From assembly GCA_024276795.1 (NCBI GenBank), contig JAJRWK010000272.1:1-50482 (forward strand): 50,482 nt of DNA. The letters run 5' to 3'. The notes under the pieces were generated by a model. That model did no database searches, was not told the DNA's origin, and saw only the letters and a program-made list of their open reading frames with translations. Below, piece after piece: positions 46,492 to 50,482 of the stretch. The DNA is from an archaeon. GTDB lineage: Archaea > Asgardarchaeota > Heimdallarchaeia > Heimdallarchaeales > JAJRWK01. The stretch's first letter is position 1; every line of letters begins with the position of its first letter. The position numbers and the translations under genes are program-made.

Positions 46492-47892
46492 TTAGATGAA
46501 GTCTCCTCTCTCTATTTTTTCTGGCAAATAGTGATTGGTGATAAATTGGGGATCTCTTGCATTGAGAGCTTGTATTTCTGCCTTGATTCCAAGGTCAAGA
46601 AGGACTTGTAGTTGTTCCCTCCATTTGGGTCTCTTAAGAACGAATTCTTCATCTAAGAGTCTCCGAGCTTTCTTGACATCAGACTGGCTCATTTTGATAA
46701 AGGCGCTTTTTGGAATGCCAAATCCTGAATCTTCCATGAGATCTGTAGGTAAGAGTCCAAGCCATTTGATATTAGGCACTGCAAGTGTTCTTGCTTCAAA
46801 ACTAAGTGCTTTGCTTCCCACTGTGTAAACTCTCATGATTTCGAAACCATACACATCTGCATCCATGATTGCTAAGATGGGTAGCTGGAGTTCATCGTTA
46901 ATTTTTCTGAGAAATTCTCTCGTAGCCATATCTGGTTGTCCTTTTGCCGTTACGAGGATGGAAGGCACATAATCGTAAAAGTGGTCTTCTGCAAGACGGT
47001 TGAAAACTGCATCTTTCTCAACGACAAGAACGAATTCAGCGTCGCTTTCGAGGTTATCGATGTCATCGATGTTTGGAGCAATAGATTTGCCAGAACCAAT
47101 AGCCCTGCAGTCGATGTAGTCTCCTCTTTCTGTGAAGGAGAGTCGACCAATCACGACACCCTTGCTTGTGGCCCAGATATTCATTGACGAGCGTGTTACT
47201 TGTAACATTGCTCCTAAGTCTTCAATCAAAGCATCGCTAGTGGATTGGGCTTCGAATTCATTGACGGCCATGTAGAAGAGGTCACGTTTTGTTGTGTGTA
47301 TTTCACGGTCTAAAACTTCGTATAGAATTCTCATCAAAGTTGACATTTGAGCTACGCTCTTGACAGATGAAAGGCTCCTGAACTGGCGCTCAATCATTTG
47401 TCTTCCAAGAAGAACCATTTGTAATTCATCGTCATAGCTAATATTGTCTTTTGATCTGCTGGGGATTCTGAAGGAGGCTGAATGAGGATTGTAAAGTGCA
47501 TCAAAGATGAATTCTTGGGCTTTCTCTACCAAGATTCTTTTTGTTTCAGGAGCGGGCAATTCATCTACTCCAATCACTCCGTAAGGGAAGTCGGTATCGC
47601 TGAGCTCCTTGAATTTTAAGATTAATTCTTTGATGGCTTGAGTTGAAACATATCTTTTTATGTCAATTTTACTTTTCCCTGCTTCTAATGGATAGTCAAT
47701 AAGTTTCTTATTGGGATCTAGTCGGTACCATTTCTTTCTAGTCCGCAGAAAAAGAACAATTTTTTTGGATTTGGGAATCTCGGCTAGTTCTTTTAGCTGT
47801 CGCTCAATAGCTGAGACACTCATTTCAGGATCTATTTCCGCAACATGATCTGTTCCGGGAAGAACAGTTGAGTTTCTAACTTGTAACTTCAT
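46492..47892 (-). CDS. top6A: DNA topoisomerase VI subunit A / Spo11-family protein with ~100-aa N-terminal extension
   Basis: 5Y-CAP motif TKRDLFYM (compare Spo11 RDIFYS), Toprim VLVVEKDAVFNRL and IMDADVYGFEI, and C-terminal KAEIQAL. The ATG at 47892 is preceded by AAGAGGTG (7-nt spacer) in the 17 nt after the upstream stop. Confidence 0.85.
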   Translation of the reverse strand: MKLQVRNSTVLPGTDHVAEIDPEMSVSAIERQLKELAEIPKSKKIVLFLRTRKKWYRLDPNKKLIDYPLEAGKSKIDIKRYVSTQAIKELILKFKELSDTDFPYGVIGVDELPAPETKRILVEKAQEFIFDALYNPHSASFRIPSRSKDNISYDDELQMVLLGRQMIERQFRSLSSVKSVAQMSTLMRILYEVLDREIHTTKRDLFYMAVNEFEAQSTSDALIEDLGAMLQVTRSSMNIWATSKGVVIGRLSFTERGDYIDCRAIGSGKSIAPNIDDIDNLESDAEFVLVVEKDAVFNRLAEDHFYDYVPSILVTAKGQPDMATREFLRKINDELQLPILAIMDADVYGFEIMRVYTVGSKALSFEARTLAVPNIKWLGLLPTDLMEDSGFGIPKSAFIKMSQSDVKKARRLLDEEFVLKRPKWREQLQVLLDLGIKAEIQALNARDPQFITNHYLPEKIERGDFI

Positions 47893-47909
47893 TCATCGCA
47901 CCTCTTAGT

Positions 47910-50441
47910 TCATTTCTTTTTTGTTTTTCTCCGAGATCCCGAGGGGCTTTTCTTTGATGATGCACTTTTCTTGGACTTAGAAGCAGATCCCTTTTTCGTA
48001 GCTGATTTCGACATTGCTCCGCTAGTTCTTGATTTCTGGAATGACTGTTTTGTGCTCGAAGTCATCTCAGTAGTCTTTGATTTCCTGTCTGAGGAGCTTG
48101 GTTGCTTTTGTTTTGAAGATTTTGATTTCATTGGTTTTGTCTTCTTGATCTCTTTTGTTTCTAGTTTTTTGGAAGTCTTACGGGATTTTGTCTTTGCCTT
48201 GGGCTTTGAGCTCTGGGGCACTTTTTCGGCTTTTGGTTTGGGAGAGAGGGACGGAATCTTAAACTTGATCTTGCGTATTGCAGCGTAACTAAGTCCGGTT
48301 TCTTCATGGATTTTCTTATCTGGTACGAATAAGAATTCGCCCCATGTTTTGATCTGGAGCGATTTTCCCATAACTGAGCCTAGCTTGGAGTCAATTAGTT
48401 CTAGAGGGGTTTGAAGTCTGCGTGTAGCTTTCGAGAGCTTTTCTTCTAGTTCCTTTGTCAACCCCTTCTGTCTGATAGCATTAGCAGAAACAAGTTGCCT
48501 AACATCAATTATGCCAAGCCCCTTAAGCGTTTCTTGATCTTGAGCTCGGATCTCAGGGAAGTCCTTGAGCTGAGGAATTTTGATTTTGCTTGCGATTCTG
48601 AGCTCTTTAGAGCTTAGATCAGCAATTGCTTTTTCCAGAAGTTCATCGCTTATTTTTGCTTCTTTCAAAACCCATGATTTTGGTAAAAATAGTAGTTGGT
48701 CGATTTGGTTGACGTTCTTCTTGATTAGACGCAGAATGGCAGTAGGAATAGTTTCTGTTAGAGTAATGAAATCATAGAGGGGGCGATGGAGCGTTTCCTT
48801 GGTGCTGTAATAATTCTTTTCTGTTACTCCTTTTATCTTCTGCAAATGGACGGGACTAAGGGCAAGGAATTGCTGAATAGTGAGACATCCGCTTTCACGA
48901 AGTGTCTGGATCTGTGGACCAGGAAGAATTGAAAGCAGATTGATAGGATATCCATTATTCTGGAATTGAGTCTTGATGTCTAACGAGAGTAGTTTGTCGA
49001 CGTAAGCATTCAAGTCAAATTTCTTGAGCACCTTGTTGTTTTGATACGCTGTTACAATCTGGGGCAGTAACAAATGGATTGAGCGTGAAATTCCAATGGA
49101 ATAAAGGTGAAGTACGTCTGAGGCTGATTCTAAAACAAAAGTAATCGGAATTGCGCCTACAATTTCAGTAAGCGGTTTGTGTTCATACTCAAAGAAGTAG
49201 TCGTTGACGAGAGCATCCATTATTTGTTGTGTTTCATTGTCTAGAGCGTTGAAAGACACGGGCTTATGTTTTAAGATTTCTTGGGTAAGAGACACGTTTT
49301 CCCCATCCAGCAAAGCGGCTCGTATGTTTTGAGACAAAATGGGGTTGAGAGATGCTATCGTTTCCTCAAATTCTTTTATGTTGTCTTGGGTGAATTCGAT
49401 GAATTTCCAAGTTGGCACCTCAAATGCAGCTTTTGCCTCGGCAAGTAACTCAGAGACACCTAACGCTATGAAAATTTCTGGGAGTTTGCTCGGTAGAAGA
49501 ATAACGTCTTCAAGAAATGTTACACCAACGCTTAGTAACTGATTTGTTAAGTCTCCAATGAAATGAATGTCCTTGATTGCGAAGAGCCCATCTACAGCAT
49601 TGTTCGTTACTATTTGATCTTTCAAGGCTTCAGCTTTAGTGACAGAGATTCCAAGCTTCTCAGCTAGCTCTTGGGATGATAGGTACAGAATTTGGACTCT
49701 AGATGATAGTCCAAGTCTGATTAGTTTTTGAGCAATCTTCGAATCCAATGTTTGAAGCCTGATCGGATTAGCTAAAAGATAGGGAACTATAGCTTTCTTC
49801 AGAGCTGGAGTCAGTTGACTGAGTGATTTGGAAGTAGAATGCAACAGCTGGTTGAGGGATTGGATTCCCAGGGTTTCAGCTTCCTTCTTCGGCAGATCTG
49901 GAATAATCTCAAGTAATTGATAATCTTTTTCAATTGATGGTGAATCTGCTAGTACTTTGAAGATCTGTTTTCTCTTTGCTGGTGGGAATTCGAACCAGCT
50001 CTTAATGATCAGATCTTTTAACGGTAATCCAGAGTCTTGGGCATCTAGTGTTTTGGCCAGTGCGGGGATGGAAGAAACTTTTGTGGTTAGAAATTCGTCA
50101 ATTTTTCTCGCAATTTCTGCAGGTATATCAAGGGAACCTTGATTTGAGAGTAGATCTTCTATCGTATAGATCCCCCATTTTTCAAAGAAACGCTTCTCTT
50201 GGGCTTTCAGGTTGGGAACAATTTCCAAGGACAATCCTGCCTCACGCAATTTCTCAGCGTCTTCCGCTTTTTCAAATCTGGACATGATTGATCCAAGGGA
50301 AGATTCACCGCGTAAGACGAATTCTCTCGCAATGTCTTCTAAGTTTCTTATCCTACTTTCCCACAATTCTACTAGCTGTTGCTTCATGCTTGGATAAGTT
50401 TCTGCAAGGTAAAGAGTTGAAGCCTTTACAGCTCTCCTCAT
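47910..50441 (-). CDS. helix-hairpin-helix (DUF4332-like) repeat protein with 114-aa Lys/Ser-rich C-terminal tail; N-terminus may lie outside the window
   Basis: At least 7-8 copies of an 'x-L-x-x-x-G-[ILV]-x-[ST]-[ILV]-x-[DQ]-[LF]-[LV]' HhH-like motif, for example FFEKWGIYTIEDLL, AETLGIQSLNQLL, LIRLGLSSRVQIL, AEKLGISVTKAEAL, LRESGCLTIQQFL and LKGLGIIDVRQLV. The tail is KPKAEKVPQSSKPKAKTKSRKTSKK...SRRKTKKK. The reading frame stays open from 50441 to the right edge at 50482, so the true start may be further upstream. Confidence 0.75.
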   Translation of the reverse strand: MRRAVKASTLYLAETYPSMKQQLVELWESRIRNLEDIAREFVLRGESSLGSIMSRFEKAEDAEKLREAGLSLEIVPNLKAQEKRFFEKWGIYTIEDLLSNQGSLDIPAEIARKIDEFLTTKVSSIPALAKTLDAQDSGLPLKDLIIKSWFEFPPAKRKQIFKVLADSPSIEKDYQLLEIIPDLPKKEAETLGIQSLNQLLHSTSKSLSQLTPALKKAIVPYLLANPIRLQTLDSKIAQKLIRLGLSSRVQILYLSSQELAEKLGISVTKAEALKDQIVTNNAVDGLFAIKDIHFIGDLTNQLLSVGVTFLEDVILLPSKLPEIFIALGVSELLAEAKAAFEVPTWKFIEFTQDNIKEFEETIASLNPILSQNIRAALLDGENVSLTQEILKHKPVSFNALDNETQQIMDALVNDYFFEYEHKPLTEIVGAIPITFVLESASDVLHLYSIGISRSIHLLLPQIVTAYQNNKVLKKFDLNAYVDKLLSLDIKTQFQNNGYPINLLSILPGPQIQTLRESGCLTIQQFLALSPVHLQKIKGVTEKNYYSTKETLHRPLYDFITLTETIPTAILRLIKKNVNQIDQLLFLPKSWVLKEAKISDELLEKAIADLSSKELRIASKIKIPQLKDFPEIRAQDQETLKGLGIIDVRQLVSANAIRQKGLTKELEEKLSKATRRLQTPLELIDSKLGSVMGKSLQIKTWGEFLFVPDKKIHEETGLSYAAIRKIKFKIPSLSPKPKAEKVPQSSKPKAKTKSRKTSKKLETKEIKKTKPMKSKSSKQKQPSSSDRKSKTTEMTSSTKQSFQKSRTSGAMSKSATKKGSASKSKKSASSKKSPSGSRRKTKKK

Positions 50442-50482
50442 TTGAAGTAATCGTGCTGTATCGCTGGGAGTAAACTCGGCAA

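Noticed and set aside
47910-50441. Considered whether the 843-aa ORF is a divergent Top6B.
   Set aside because: No Bergerat-fold N, G1 or G2 boxes and no transducer-like region are recognisable. The sequence is dominated by HhH-like repeats and a basic tail. The unseen N-terminus keeps this formally open.
42818-50441. Considered calling HhH / top6A / Zn-ribbon / HerA-like / membrane protein a single five-gene operon or system.
   Set aside because: A hairpin plus multiple oligo-T tracts follow top6A (46345..46491). Both the Zn-ribbon gene and the HerA-like gene have their own TATA-like boxes after gaps of 147 and 174 nt. The evidence supports three adjacent units, so I reported them separately.
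1-50482. Looked for rRNA, tRNA, CRISPR repeats, transposase/integrase genes and long direct or terminal repeats.
   Set aside because: There are no GC-rich structured islands in the AT-rich intergenic regions, no regularly spaced repeats, and no DDE or tyrosine-recombinase-like ORFs. This was a visual scan only; tRNAscan, Infernal or a CRISPR finder could still find something.

Overview
The window reads as an archaeal chromosomal segment. Supporting markers are Top6A/Spo11, a Sec11-type signal peptidase, a class III (pilin-type) signal peptide, an Ard1-type N-acetyltransferase, GAGGTG-type Shine-Dalgarno sites and A/T-rich TATA-like boxes. It is moderately AT-rich, holds about 40 protein genes, and nearly all of them are on the minus strand. 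I saw no rRNA, tRNA, CRISPR array, transposase or integrase. From left to right the content is as follows. (1) Orphan large proteins, an ORF split by an in-frame stop, and a stand-alone Mrr-like nuclease domain. (2) Scattered chemotaxis parts: two MCPs and cheR, with no cheA/W/Y. They flank two tandem longin/roadblock-like proteins and a small histone-fold (DUF1931-like) gene that the ORF track missed. (3) A 14-kb MoxR / DUF58 / DUF4350 / DUF4129 / transglutaminase-like cluster. It includes a 1359-aa sequon-rich surface protein and a TGase core that seems to have lost its Cys and Asp. (4) Housekeeping genes: tmk, a COG2403 P-loop protein, threonine aldolase and an MFS transporter. (5) A protein-biogenesis neighbourhood: a Get3/ArsA ATPase apparently co-transcribed with a 185-aa TRAP-beta (SSR2)-like protein, a pilin-like protein, Sec11 with a long C-terminal extension, a degenerate site-2-protease homologue and Ard1. 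(6) An ABC-2 exporter and a wHTH regulator. (7) A DNA-related stretch: a HerA/FtsK-like ATPase coupled to a polytopic membrane protein, a zinc-ribbon protein, and a two-gene unit. That unit is a >843-aa helix-hairpin-helix repeat protein with a 114-aa K/S-rich tail, followed by a Top6A/Spo11 protein carrying a ~100-aa N-terminal beta-grasp-like extension. No Top6B gene is in view. The two items most worth follow-up are the HhH-repeat/extended-Top6A unit and the TRAP-beta-like/Get3 pair. The eukaryote-like features (longin-like, TRAP-beta-like, CxxC Get3, ubiquitin-like extension) are reminiscent of Asgard archaea, but lineage cannot be established without a database search. All domain calls come from motif recognition by eye and memory; none are search results.
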